From contig CATAPZ010000008.1 of the NCBI GenBank assembly GCA_949486955.1, forward strand, positions 1-36,707: a stretch of 36,707 nt of DNA. The letters run 5' to 3'. This DNA comes from Cryomorphaceae bacterium (GTDB lineage: Bacteria > Bacteroidota > Bacteroidia > Flavobacteriales > Schleiferiaceae). A program made the position numbers and the translations under genes. The notes beneath the pieces were generated by a model, which worked only from the letters and a program-made list of their open reading frames with translations, searched no databases and was not told where the DNA came from. The stretch's first letter is position 1. Each line of letters opens with the position of its first letter. Shown piece after piece: positions 17,580 through 29,673 of the stretch.

Positions 17580-18804
17580 CGGACAATTTAAATTCACTCA
17601 TGAATAACTCAAGTAACGATTTTCCCAGCGCAATCTTGCTAGTTAATGGAAAAGAAAAAGTTTTACCGGTGTCTGTGTATACTGACACTTCATTGGTATC
17701 TGTTTCAAAGCCTACACCCTCTTTGCCTAAAGTATTCAGAACTATCGCACTAGCATTCTTCTTACTGAGCTTTTGCTTGGCGTAAGCCTCCCCATCTCGA
17801 GTTTCAAGTGCGAAACCTACCAAATGATTTCCGTTACTTTTCATCGAACCGAGCGTGCTTAGAATATCTGGAGTTTTTTCTAAGGAAATGGTCATTGATT
17901 TGCCCTCATCAGACTTCTTAATCTTGTGTTCTGCTTGAGAAACAGGTCTATAATCGCTTACTGCGGCACAACACACCGTCAAGGTGCTATCAGGAAAGTT
18001 AGACACCATAGAACGGAGCATATCATCAGCACTAATAACACGAGTAACTTTAATGCCTTTTAGATCAAGTGATGCTTGAGTAGGACCTAAAACTAAGTGA
18101 ACATTAGCACCTAAGTCTCTCGCTGCGGCGGCCATAGCCGACCCCATTTTACCTGAACTATTATTTCCTAAGAATCGAACAGGATCTAGATGTTCGTGCG
18201 TAGGCCCTGCGTTAATGAGAACCTTTTTACCAAATAACGGAAGCGTAGACCGAAGGTATTGCTCTAGATGATCAGCAATGGCCTCAGGTTCTGCCATTCT
18301 TCCTTTTCCCACTAATCCCGAAGCCAATTCGCCGTAATCAGAGTCAATAATCCCAACCCCTCTCTGCTCCAGGGTCTTTAGGTTATCCAAAGTTGCCCCA
18401 TTTGCATACATGTCAAGATCCATGGCTGGCGCGGCAAAAACAGGACATTTAGCACTCAAATAAACCGCTGTCAATAGATTGTCACAAGCGCCTGTTGCCA
18501 TTTTAGACAGGGTGTTTGATGAGGCTGGAGCAATAACCATTAGATCGGCCCATAGGCCCATTTCAACATGATTGTTCCAAACACCATAGGCCTTCTGCTC
18601 TTCTTCGATAAACGCACTATAAACTGAACGTGTACTCAGAGTAGAAAGCGTCAAAGGGGTGACGAAATCCTTCGCTGCATCAGTAATGACAACCTGGACT
18701 TCGGCACCCCTTTTAATGAGTTCTCTAACTAAATGTGCGCTTTTGTATGCTGCAATACTACCTGAAACGCCAAGCAGCACCTTGCGATTGTACAAAAGAC
18801 TCAT
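17572..18804 (-). CDS. coaBC: bifunctional phosphopantothenoylcysteine decarboxylase / phosphopantothenate-cysteine ligase
   Basis: N-terminal flavoprotein domain (LLGVSGSIAAYKS) and C-terminal CoaB domain (GNNSSGKMG, AAVSDYRP). 410 aa. Confidence 0.9.
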   Translation of the reverse strand: MSLLYNRKVLLGVSGSIAAYKSAHLVRELIKRGAEVQVVITDAAKDFVTPLTLSTLSTRSVYSAFIEEEQKAYGVWNNHVEMGLWADLMVIAPASSNTLSKMATGACDNLLTAVYLSAKCPVFAAPAMDLDMYANGATLDNLKTLEQRGVGIIDSDYGELASGLVGKGRMAEPEAIADHLEQYLRSTLPLFGKKVLINAGPTHEHLDPVRFLGNNSSGKMGSAMAAAARDLGANVHLVLGPTQASLDLKGIKVTRVISADDMLRSMVSNFPDSTLTVCCAAVSDYRPVSQAEHKIKKSDEGKSMTISLEKTPDILSTLGSMKSNGNHLVGFALETRDGEAYAKQKLSKKNASAIVLNTLGKEGVGFETDTNEVSVYTDTGKTFSFPLTSKIALGKSLLELFMSEFKLSDA

Positions 18805-18813
18805 TGGATTAGA

Positions 18814-19137
18814 TTATTTCTCTTCTCCTTCTCTTCTGAAGTAGATATTATTGTCTAACCACTCTTGCATTGCAAGTGCAGTCGGCTTAGGCAGGCTCTC
18901 GTAAAAACGGCTTACTTCTATCTGCTCTTTGTTTTCAAAGATTTCTTCGAGAGATTCAGTCGATGATGCGAACTCTTGAAGTTTAGCATGTAATTCTTCA
19001 CGAGTATCATCATTAATCTGCTCAGCACGCTTTGCAATAATTGTTAACGCTTCATAGATGTTCTCTGTAGGTGCGTCAATCTTGTTTGTATTGTGCGTTC
19101 TTGTGGTTTTATCCGCAGGCATTTTCTTGTAGTCCAT
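18814..19137 (-). CDS. rpoZ: DNA-directed RNA polymerase subunit omega (Bacteroidota long form)
   Basis: NIYEALTIIAKRAEQIN core resembles the RpoZ helix. The C-terminal LEEIFENKEQIEVSRFYESLPKP block and the position between bamD and coaBC match flavobacterial rpoZ as I recall it. Confidence 0.65.
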   Translation of the reverse strand: MDYKKMPADKTTRTHNTNKIDAPTENIYEALTIIAKRAEQINDDTREELHAKLQEFASSTESLEEIFENKEQIEVSRFYESLPKPTALAMQEWLDNNIYFRREGEEK

Positions 19138-19153
19138 GTGCTTTGGGATGATT

Positions 19154-19921
19154 TTATTTAGTCAATTTACGTAATTCTGGGAGGTATTCACTTTCTGGGT
19201 AAATCTCCTCAAGGTCATTCAATGCAGTATTAGCCTCAATAAAGCGCTCTTCTTGAAGCTCGGCAACACTGTTTTCGGCCAACTTAAAAGCTGCCTTTGC
19301 TTTAAGGTACATAGCTTCTTCACGATACGGTGTATCTGGGTATTCACTCAAAGTAGTCGTGAATGCAGTCATTGCAGCCTTGTATTTTCTCGTCTTGTAA
19401 TACTGTTTCGCGATTTCGTAGCTCTTCAGTTCTAGGCGACCGCGAAGGTCTTCCATATACTCGTTACACAAATCAATCTTATCCGATCCAGGATGGGTAT
19501 TGATATACAGTTGCAATTCATTGATCGCTTTAAAGGTATATGCCTGGTCTAGGCTGTGTGTTGGTGCTTCTAAATAGTAGCAGTAAGCAGTAAGGTATGC
19601 GGCTTCATCCGCTTGCTCATTCTGCGGAAAGGTTTTGTAGAAATTCTTAAAGTGATAGCCCGCTAAGATGTAATCTTTCTGCAGGTAGAGTGTGTTAGCG
19701 TAATAGAAATATACCTCTTGAGCCTTTTCAGTACCGCGATACAGCGTAATTAATTCATCAAATATTGGATACGCTTTGTTGTACTCACCCGCCTCGTAAT
19801 ATTCTACGGCTTTTCCGAATTTAAAATCCAAATCCTTGCTTTTAAGCACTTCTTGGTATTCACCACATGAAGTTGCCAAAAAGGCAAGGAACATATATGT
19901 AAGGAATTTCTTTCTCATCAT
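19154..19921 (-). CDS. bamD: outer membrane protein assembly factor BamD (TPR lipoprotein)
   Basis: Lipobox FLATSC. TPR-like repeats rich in Y/A/E throughout. 255 aa. Conserved position upstream of rpoZ. Confidence 0.75.
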   Translation of the reverse strand: MMRKKFLTYMFLAFLATSCGEYQEVLKSKDLDFKFGKAVEYYEAGEYNKAYPIFDELITLYRGTEKAQEVYFYYANTLYLQKDYILAGYHFKNFYKTFPQNEQADEAAYLTAYCYYLEAPTHSLDQAYTFKAINELQLYINTHPGSDKIDLCNEYMEDLRGRLELKSYEIAKQYYKTRKYKAAMTAFTTTLSEYPDTPYREEAMYLKAKAAFKLAENSVAELQEERFIEANTALNDLEEIYPESEYLPELRKLTK

Positions 19922-19942
19922 TGACGGGCAAAGGTAAGGTAT

Positions 19943-20968
19943 TTACCAAACTTGTAAAGAGGAAATATCATCATAATCCCTGCCCTTTTCGACATTGCCA
20001 ATCAGACGTTCAACCAACACATCTGCATAATCAGGAAAATCCAATTTCGTCCGATGCGGACTGTTTAAAAATTCTTGCCAAACTACCTTTCCATTCACGT
20101 CCAAAGAATCAAATACTTGAACACCAATCAGAGACGCTGCCACGGCGTTTGAGGATTGTTCGTATTGTCCCTTAATGGGGCTAATCAGTAGCTTTTTACC
20201 GCAGTATAAGGCCTCAGAAGGCGCTTCGAATCCAGCGCCACATATGAGGCCGGTACAAGTTCTAAAACTCTCGAGAAAGTCTTCAATCCCCACTGGTTTA
20301 ACGGTTGTATTGTCCGTTGAATAAACCTTCCCTACTCGAGAAAAGACTTCAAAACATTCGTTTGGAAACTGGGCAGTAAAGGCAGAAATTTCGTCTGCAG
20401 AATAGGAAGGCAAGTAAATGGTATAATGTCCCCTATCCTCTAATTCCAGTTCCCGTATTTCCTTCCTGATAATGGGAGGCAGTATGAATGTATCATAGTT
20501 TTCAAAGTGAAACCCAATAGCGTATTTCGATGGGGACATGTTCGATATTACCCATTCCCAGTGCCAAACGCGCTTTAGGGGACGAGGGGTATTCTTAGTC
20601 CAAAAGGCAGCCTGATGACTGATTTGTAACGACGGAACTCTTCGCAATAAACAAGCATAAGAAGCAACGGCCTCAAAGTCTATGAATACTGCATCATATT
20701 CTTTGACTGGAAGGGAAATAACATCCCTTATGAATCGAAGCGGCTTATTCTTTAAAATACTTCGCCAGTAACTTACAGCCCCTTTGGAATCATAGACCAT
20801 CGTAAGTCCGTAGCAGCGATATTTTATGTTGAAACCTAAATTCAGATCGCTCTGAGTTCCTGAAACAAGTACATCTACTTGTGCGTGAGTATGCAACCGA
20901 GGGACTAAATCTCTCGCCCGGGCCACATGGCCATTACCAGTTCCTTGAAATGCGTAAAGTATCTTCAA
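19943..20968 (-). CDS. GT-B glycosyltransferase (MurG/GT28-like, MJ1255-type)
   Basis: N-terminal Gly-rich loop YAFQGTGNGHVARA (cf. MurG GGTGGH). C-terminal GAGFEAPSEALYCGKKLL nucleotide-sugar-binding-like block. 341 aa. Confidence 0.7.
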   Translation of the reverse strand: MKILYAFQGTGNGHVARARDLVPRLHTHAQVDVLVSGTQSDLNLGFNIKYRCYGLTMVYDSKGAVSYWRSILKNKPLRFIRDVISLPVKEYDAVFIDFEAVASYACLLRRVPSLQISHQAAFWTKNTPRPLKRVWHWEWVISNMSPSKYAIGFHFENYDTFILPPIIRKEIRELELEDRGHYTIYLPSYSADEISAFTAQFPNECFEVFSRVGKVYSTDNTTVKPVGIEDFLESFRTCTGLICGAGFEAPSEALYCGKKLLISPIKGQYEQSSNAVAASLIGVQVFDSLDVNGKVVWQEFLNSPHRTKLDFPDYADVLVERLIGNVEKGRDYDDISSLQVW

Positions 20969-20969
20969 A

Positions 20970-21818
20970 TTAGCTATTCAGAAATTCCTCAGTAAGTTTC
21001 GAAATTAGCTCTTTCGGCGATAAATGAGTGCGTTCCTCGTCATCTTGTTCCGGAACCCCATTCTTTGGAGTAGAAAGAAAATCATGCTGATGTAAGCGCC
21101 ATATACCTCCGTGGTACTCTAAGGCAGTGCAATTTTCTACCCAATCACCTGAATTCATGTATTTTACGGAACCTTTGTTCGTTTTAACTTCTCTCATAAT
21201 TGGCTGATGGATATGACCGCACACAACGTAATCGTATTCCTTTTCTATCGCCAATTCGCTAGCTACTCTCTCGAAATCTCCGATGAACTTAACAGCTCCT
21301 TTAACACTGTTTTTGATTCGTTTAGATAGGCTATACTTTTCACGACCTAACTTTTCTAAAATCTTGTTGAGCCAGCGATTCATTAAAATAAGAAGATCAT
21401 ATCCCCATCCCCCCATCTTTGCTATAAACTTGGCTTGATGTATGCTGTGATCGAAGATATCACCGTGGAAGAACCAGACTCTTTTTCCCTCTAGCTTCAA
21501 AAGGAGATGATTTCTAAGATGAATATTACCTAGTTTCCAATCTGTAAATCTTCGCAGAGCTTCATCATGATTACCCGTGATATAATGAATCTTCGTTCCC
21601 TTACTTGCCATCTTTAAAAGTCGACGGATTACTTTTAAATGTTCCTTAGGAAAATATGATTTTCTGAAATTCCATATGTCAATGATATCCCCATTAAGAA
21701 CGAGTACTTTTGGTTCAATAGAATGGAGATATGAATTGAGTTCTTTAGCATGGCATCCGTAGGTTCCTAAATGAATGTCACTTAATACGCAAACATCTAA
21801 CTTTCTTCTAATTCTCAT
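20970..21818 (-). CDS. LpxH-like calcineurin-type metallophosphoesterase (UDP-2,3-diacylglucosamine diphosphatase family)
   Basis: Metallophosphoesterase motifs in order: LSDIHLG, NGDIIDIW, TGNHDE, FFHGDIFD, CGHIH. 282 aa. One nt from the downstream glycosyltransferase. Confidence 0.75.
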   Translation of the reverse strand: MRIRRKLDVCVLSDIHLGTYGCHAKELNSYLHSIEPKVLVLNGDIIDIWNFRKSYFPKEHLKVIRRLLKMASKGTKIHYITGNHDEALRRFTDWKLGNIHLRNHLLLKLEGKRVWFFHGDIFDHSIHQAKFIAKMGGWGYDLLILMNRWLNKILEKLGREKYSLSKRIKNSVKGAVKFIGDFERVASELAIEKEYDYVVCGHIHQPIMREVKTNKGSVKYMNSGDWVENCTALEYHGGIWRLHQHDFLSTPKNGVPEQDDEERTHLSPKELISKLTEEFLNS

Positions 21819-21840
21819 CTTCGACGCTTTTGAAGCGTAA

Positions 21841-21885
21841 AATGAAAAAGGCTAACAAGTAGTTCATTAACTACTCGTTAGCCTT
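21841..21885 (-). terminator. Rho-independent terminator downstream of dapA
   Basis: Arms at 21848-21864 and 21869-21885 form a 17-bp stem (one G-U pair in the minus-strand RNA) with a 4-nt loop. A UUUUUCAUUUU tract follows on the minus-strand transcript. Confidence 0.6.
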
Positions 21886-21911
21886 GTGTTATAATTTCTT
21901 AGAGTTAGTGT

Positions 21912-22794
21912 TTATAACAAGTTAAGGCTGTTCAATTCTGATGTTAACTCCTTTATTAATCTATCTGTCGCAGAAACCAATGGTAATCTGACATGATCAT
22001 TACAAATACCTCGTAATTCTAATACTGCTTTAATACCGGCAGGGTTACCTTCCGCAAAAAGAAGATTCGTTAGATGAAATAGTGATAGATGTGCCTCTTT
22101 TGATACAGACCAATTTCCTTGATCTGCTTCATCGTATACCTTACAAAAGATTTCTGGCACCCCTTGACCGCTTACGGAGATTACTCCGTCACAACCTAAA
22201 CCTAACATGGCAAATGTCAAATTATCGTCACCAGAAATGATTTTAAATCCATCGGGGCGTCCTAAGACAAGTTCGGTGATTTGGTCCAAATTGCCACTCG
22301 CTTCTTTAATTGCCACAATATTTTCAAATTCTGCAGCTAAACGCAGCGTGGTTGTTGCACTGATATTCGAGCTTGTTCTTCCAGGGACATTATAAAGGAT
22401 AATTGGTAAACTAGAAGCTTTGCTCAATGCCTTGTAATGCTGGTAAATGCCTTCTTGAGTCGGCTTATTGTAGTATGGGCTGGCACTTAGCAATGCGCTC
22501 ACACCTTCAACATTGAATGCTGACATTTCTTGCGCAACGGCCATTGTGTTATTTCCGCCAATACCAAAAATCACAGGTAAACGATTGGCATTCTTTTCTA
22601 GAACGAAATCTAATACCGCATATCGCTCTTCTTTACTTAGTGTTGGGTTTTCAGCAGTGGTTCCATTGACCACGAAATAATCTACTCCGCCATTTATACA
22701 GTGTTCAAGCAGTCTTTCTAGGCCGTTAAAATCAATAGAGCCATCGTTATGAAAGGGTGTTATCAAAGCGACCCCTACTCCTTTCGGTACTCCT

Positions 22795-22802
<8 letters not shown>
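21912..22802 (-). CDS. dapA: 4-hydroxy-tetrahydrodipicolinate synthase
   Basis: GTTAENPTLS (GTTGE-type motif), Schiff-base Lys context VAIKEASGN, YNVPGRT. 296 aa. Confidence 0.9.
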
Positions 22803-26091
<3,289 letters not shown>

Positions 26092-26130
26092 TTGGCTTGA
26101 AATTACATCACAGCCTCCTACCTTTGAGCT

Positions 26131-27138
26131 ATGAACCACAGTAAGTTTCTCACACGTTGCCTACAACTCGCTAATTATGGCAGAGGCACTACGTCGCCCA
26201 ACCCCATGGTAGGTGCAGTCGTGGTTCACAATGGTGTGATAATAGGAGAAGGTTACCATAGAAAGGCCGGAGAACCTCATGCGGAGGTCATGGCCATCAG
26301 AAGTGTTGAAAATCTTGATTTACTGAAGCAGAGCATTCTATATTGCTCTTTAGAGCCTTGCGCCCATTACGGCAAGACACCTCCTTGCTGTGAGCTCATC
26401 TCTTCGCATGGTATTCCTCATGTGGTCATTGGTACTGGAGATCCACACAGTAAGGTTGACGGAAAGGGTGTGGCTCATCTTAGAAATCATGGGATCAAAG
26501 TAGATTTTGCGCCTTCACCGGAAGTATACAGGCAGTTAAACGATGTCTTTTGGACCAATATGACCAAGAATAGGCCTCATTTTACGCTGAAATGGGCTGA
26601 GAATGCTTCCGGCCATATTGACGGGAACAGAACAGCTGAGGAAAACGCATTAAGCATAAGCGGTCCCTTAGCTGCACTGCGTACACATCAACTACGTGCA
26701 TCCGTAGATGGAATTCTTATTAGTTCTAAAACCGCTTCTCTTGATTCTCCTGGCCTCACGACTAGAAATTGGTCTGGTCATAGTCCTACCCCAATCATTT
26801 TGCTTAGTCAAGACTTTCCCTTACAAAGAGAGTGGCTAGCTAGCTTAGAAGTTCCGCCTATGATCATCGGTAATAAATTACCAAAAGGGTATTCCGGAAT
26901 CAATTGTAACCCTAGGAATCTAGATCAATGGGTACCCAAGCTGCTAGATTTTGGTCTGAATCACATTTTGGTTGAAGGTGGCGCAAGAATATTACAGTCC
27001 TTTATCGATTCTGCTCTTGCCGATAGCATTCATAGGTACGTTTCAAAGGATATACTTGAAGATGGAGTTAATGCTCCTAAATCAACCACACTCACTAGAA
27101 GTGCAATACTAGGTAACGACCGTTATGAGCGCAGTTGA
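26131..27138 (+). CDS. ribD: bifunctional diaminohydroxyphosphoribosylaminopyrimidine deaminase / 5-amino-6-(5-phosphoribosylamino)uracil reductase
   Basis: CDA zinc motifs HAEVMAI and CSLEPCAHYGKTPPC. C-terminal RibD reductase domain (ILVEGGARILQSF). Confidence 0.9.
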   Translation: MNHSKFLTRCLQLANYGRGTTSPNPMVGAVVVHNGVIIGEGYHRKAGEPHAEVMAIRSVENLDLLKQSILYCSLEPCAHYGKTPPCCELISSHGIPHVVIGTGDPHSKVDGKGVAHLRNHGIKVDFAPSPEVYRQLNDVFWTNMTKNRPHFTLKWAENASGHIDGNRTAEENALSISGPLAALRTHQLRASVDGILISSKTASLDSPGLTTRNWSGHSPTPIILLSQDFPLQREWLASLEVPPMIIGNKLPKGYSGINCNPRNLDQWVPKLLDFGLNHILVEGGARILQSFIDSALADSIHRYVSKDILEDGVNAPKSTTLTRSAILGNDRYERS

Positions 27139-27733
27139 TTTCTTCTTTACAATCGAAGAGCCCGCTTTAGGTGAATTAAAGGATAAAGGCAGCAAATTCA
27201 GAGCCTATCTCTTTCCGGTGAAAAGTGAGGAGAGCTTTAAAAGTCAGCTCAATTTCATCAAGGAACAAGAACCTAATGCGCGTCATCACTGCTGGGCGTT
27301 TATTTTAGGCGAAGAGGCCGACTTTCATAAATCTAACGACGACGGAGAACCAAGAAACACCGCTGGAGCACCTATACTACGAACTCTGGTTAGCTCAGGC
27401 TTGACGAATTTAGCCTGTGTGGTGGTTCGTTATTTTGGGGGCACGAAGCTCGGCGTGCCAGGTCTGATAGCAGCCTACGGTGGCAGTGCTGAATTGGCCG
27501 TTGAAAATTCTCGAAAGGTCAAAGAGGTAATTTCGCAACGTCTTACTTTGAGCACAACCTATGAGCACATGGCCTTGGTGGAGAGAATGATCAAAACCTA
27601 TGGCGCAGATGTTGTAGCTAGAGAACAACGAGAAACAGTAACTTATACCCTAACAATTCGTCGGTCATTGTTCGGCGAGGCAACGGATTATGTCAAGAAG
27701 AATCATCACATTACTATTCACGCTGATAAGTAG
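27125..27733 (+). CDS. yigZ: YigZ / IMPACT family protein
   Basis: UPF0029 blocks GSKFRAYLFPV, HHCWAF, DDGEPRNTAGAPIL, VVVRYFGGTKLG. 14-nt overlap with ribD. Confidence 0.75.
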   Translation: MSAVDFFFTIEEPALGELKDKGSKFRAYLFPVKSEESFKSQLNFIKEQEPNARHHCWAFILGEEADFHKSNDDGEPRNTAGAPILRTLVSSGLTNLACVVVRYFGGTKLGVPGLIAAYGGSAELAVENSRKVKEVISQRLTLSTTYEHMALVERMIKTYGADVVAREQRETVTYTLTIRRSLFGEATDYVKKNHHITIHADK

Positions 27734-29270
27734 CCTGACCTTTGGCCAAAATATTGAGGGATTAGAGCACGAGTATTTTACTACCCGTATAAGCCCACAT
27801 GCACAATACCAACGATATACTTATCGCTACCAGAATATCCAAATTCTAGAGCATCAGTACTTAGAAATTCGGTCACTTGATGGTCACATGATTAAAACGA
27901 AATCATCGCTAAGCCAAGAAGCACGCGCCGCACTTAACCCGTCTCTAGAAGGCCCATATCTCTTGTGGAGGTCTAACAACTGGTTGTCTGTCAGACCTGA
28001 TACTACTAACAACGGGATTGAACATTATGTAGAATTCTATAATTCTGAAAATGAATTAATTGAAGAATTAGACTTAAACCTACATTTAAATGACACGACT
28101 GTGCAGGTTCGTGTATTCAACCCAGATCCATTGACCCCCAACAACTTAAGTTATGGCGGTATTTACACTGACATGAATGATGGCAACGCTGGGGTTCTAG
28201 ATAGCCTAACTATACTCGACTCCGTTACAGTAGATGTTGTGAATGATACCGTTCGTTTGAAAAACTCTTACATCCATGTGATTGACTTTGATGCACCGTA
28301 TATCAGTATTAGTACGGACCCCAACAATTGGGTTTCAGGAAGAGCCAACGATGAATTCGAGCAAGTGATGGTAACCTACCACATTACCAAACAAAACGAA
28401 TACCTAAATGCATTGGACTATGGAAACATACTCAATTATGCCATTCATGTGGATCCTCAAGCATTAAATGGACAAGACAACTCAATGTTCAACTGGGGCA
28501 CTAACCCTCCTCGCCTGTTCTTTGGAGAAGGCGGTGTAGATGATGCAGAAGATGCTGATGTGATTATTCACGAACTAGGCCATGCGATTAGTCATGGAGC
28601 CGCTCCAGCATCGACCAATGGTGATGAAAGGCGAACTTTTGATGAGGCATTGGGCGACTATTTCGCAGAGCGCTACGGCAGGATGAGTGGAGTTCAAAGT
28701 ACGCGCATATTCGATTGGGACGGTAATAATACCTTTTGGAACGGACGAAGTGCGGTCTATGACGGGCAAAAAGATTACAACACTATCAGTTCATTTTGGA
28801 ACATATATCAGCACACTGACATTATGGTTGGTGCAATGCTCGAGTTTAGTGCAGCTACCTCGGTGAATGACTCACTTGCGGATAAAATAGTTTTAGAAAG
28901 CTTGTATCAACTCATGTCCTTCCAAAGTTTGCGTGACATCGCGGAAAATATATTGTCTGCTGACTCCATAGTGAACAATGGAAACTATTCTCAAGCCATT
29001 TACACGGCCTTTGGAGCTCCAAAAAATATTTTAACCGGGATTTCTATTGGGGAGGAGATTAAAAGCGAGAAAACGCCTTATTTGAGTTATGAAGGTGCTT
29101 TCAAAGTAATTTTTCCAGCTAACCAAACGTATTCGTACCAGATATATAATTTAAACGGACAGCTGTTGTCTTCGGGAACAGCAACGAATGAATTACATCT
29201 AAAAGATATTCCAAGTGTTATTCATGTCAGCAGTACAACAGGAATTACGACCGTTCTGAAGAAGCCTTAA
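27690..29270 (+). CDS. secreted gluzincin-type metalloprotease with T9SS C-terminal sorting domain
   Basis: Signal peptide MSRRIITLLFTLISSLTFGQ. HExxH (IIHELGHAISH) with a downstream Glu in FDEALGDYF, 21 residues after the second His (thermolysin-like spacing). The C-terminal ~70 aa has the beta-strand pattern of a T9SS type A CTD (KVIFPANQ...YQIYNLNGQLL...). Confidence 0.7.
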   Translation: MSRRIITLLFTLISSLTFGQNIEGLEHEYFTTRISPHAQYQRYTYRYQNIQILEHQYLEIRSLDGHMIKTKSSLSQEARAALNPSLEGPYLLWRSNNWLSVRPDTTNNGIEHYVEFYNSENELIEELDLNLHLNDTTVQVRVFNPDPLTPNNLSYGGIYTDMNDGNAGVLDSLTILDSVTVDVVNDTVRLKNSYIHVIDFDAPYISISTDPNNWVSGRANDEFEQVMVTYHITKQNEYLNALDYGNILNYAIHVDPQALNGQDNSMFNWGTNPPRLFFGEGGVDDAEDADVIIHELGHAISHGAAPASTNGDERRTFDEALGDYFAERYGRMSGVQSTRIFDWDGNNTFWNGRSAVYDGQKDYNTISSFWNIYQHTDIMVGAMLEFSAATSVNDSLADKIVLESLYQLMSFQSLRDIAENILSADSIVNNGNYSQAIYTAFGAPKNILTGISIGEEIKSEKTPYLSYEGAFKVIFPANQTYSYQIYNLNGQLLSSGTATNELHLKDIPSVIHVSSTTGITTVLKKP

Positions 29271-29673
29271 GTAAGAGTGCTTTAAAGTCTTCAGGACACT
29301 GTTTCGTTTTAAAGGTTTTAGTGTCGACAAATACTAATACTACTTTACCCGTAACCAAAGTTTTATCCTCTGAATTTTTGAGCACGTGGTAAAATGATAT
29401 CTTTCTTGAAGGAACATCACGAATAGAAGTTTCTAGCACGAGTTCTTCATCGTATCTCGCGCCGGCTTTAAAGTCCATATCAAGATGGACCACTGGTAGC
29501 ATTGTGCCAGACTTTTCCATCTCCGCGTAGCTCATGCCTAAATCGCGCAATAATTCGACACGACCAACTTCAAAATAGGTGGCATAATTTCCGTAGTAGA
29601 CCACACCCATTTGATCGGTCTCAGAATATCGAGGACGAAACTGAAAAATTCCTGTCAAATTTATTTTTTCCAT
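29245..29673 (-). CDS. acyl-CoA thioesterase, hotdog fold (YbgC/4HBT family)
   Basis: RYSETDQMGVVYYGNYATYFEVGR N-terminal catalytic Asp block. 142 aa. Confidence 0.8.
   Translation of the reverse strand: MEKINLTGIFQFRPRYSETDQMGVVYYGNYATYFEVGRVELLRDLGMSYAEMEKSGTMLPVVHLDMDFKAGARYDEELVLETSIRDVPSRKISFYHVLKNSEDKTLVTGKVVLVFVDTKTFKTKQCPEDFKALLLKASSERS

Noticed and set aside
26092-26130. FMN riboswitch upstream of ribD.
   Set aside because: Only about 39 nt separate ribD from the divergent prmC start, which is far too short for an FMN element.
26092-26139. N-terminal extension of the prmC ORF that overlaps the divergent ribD start.
   Set aside because: The extension (MVHSSKVGGCDVISSQ) has no counterpart in PrmC proteins and would overlap the ribD ATG head-to-head. 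ATG 26091 is more plausible.
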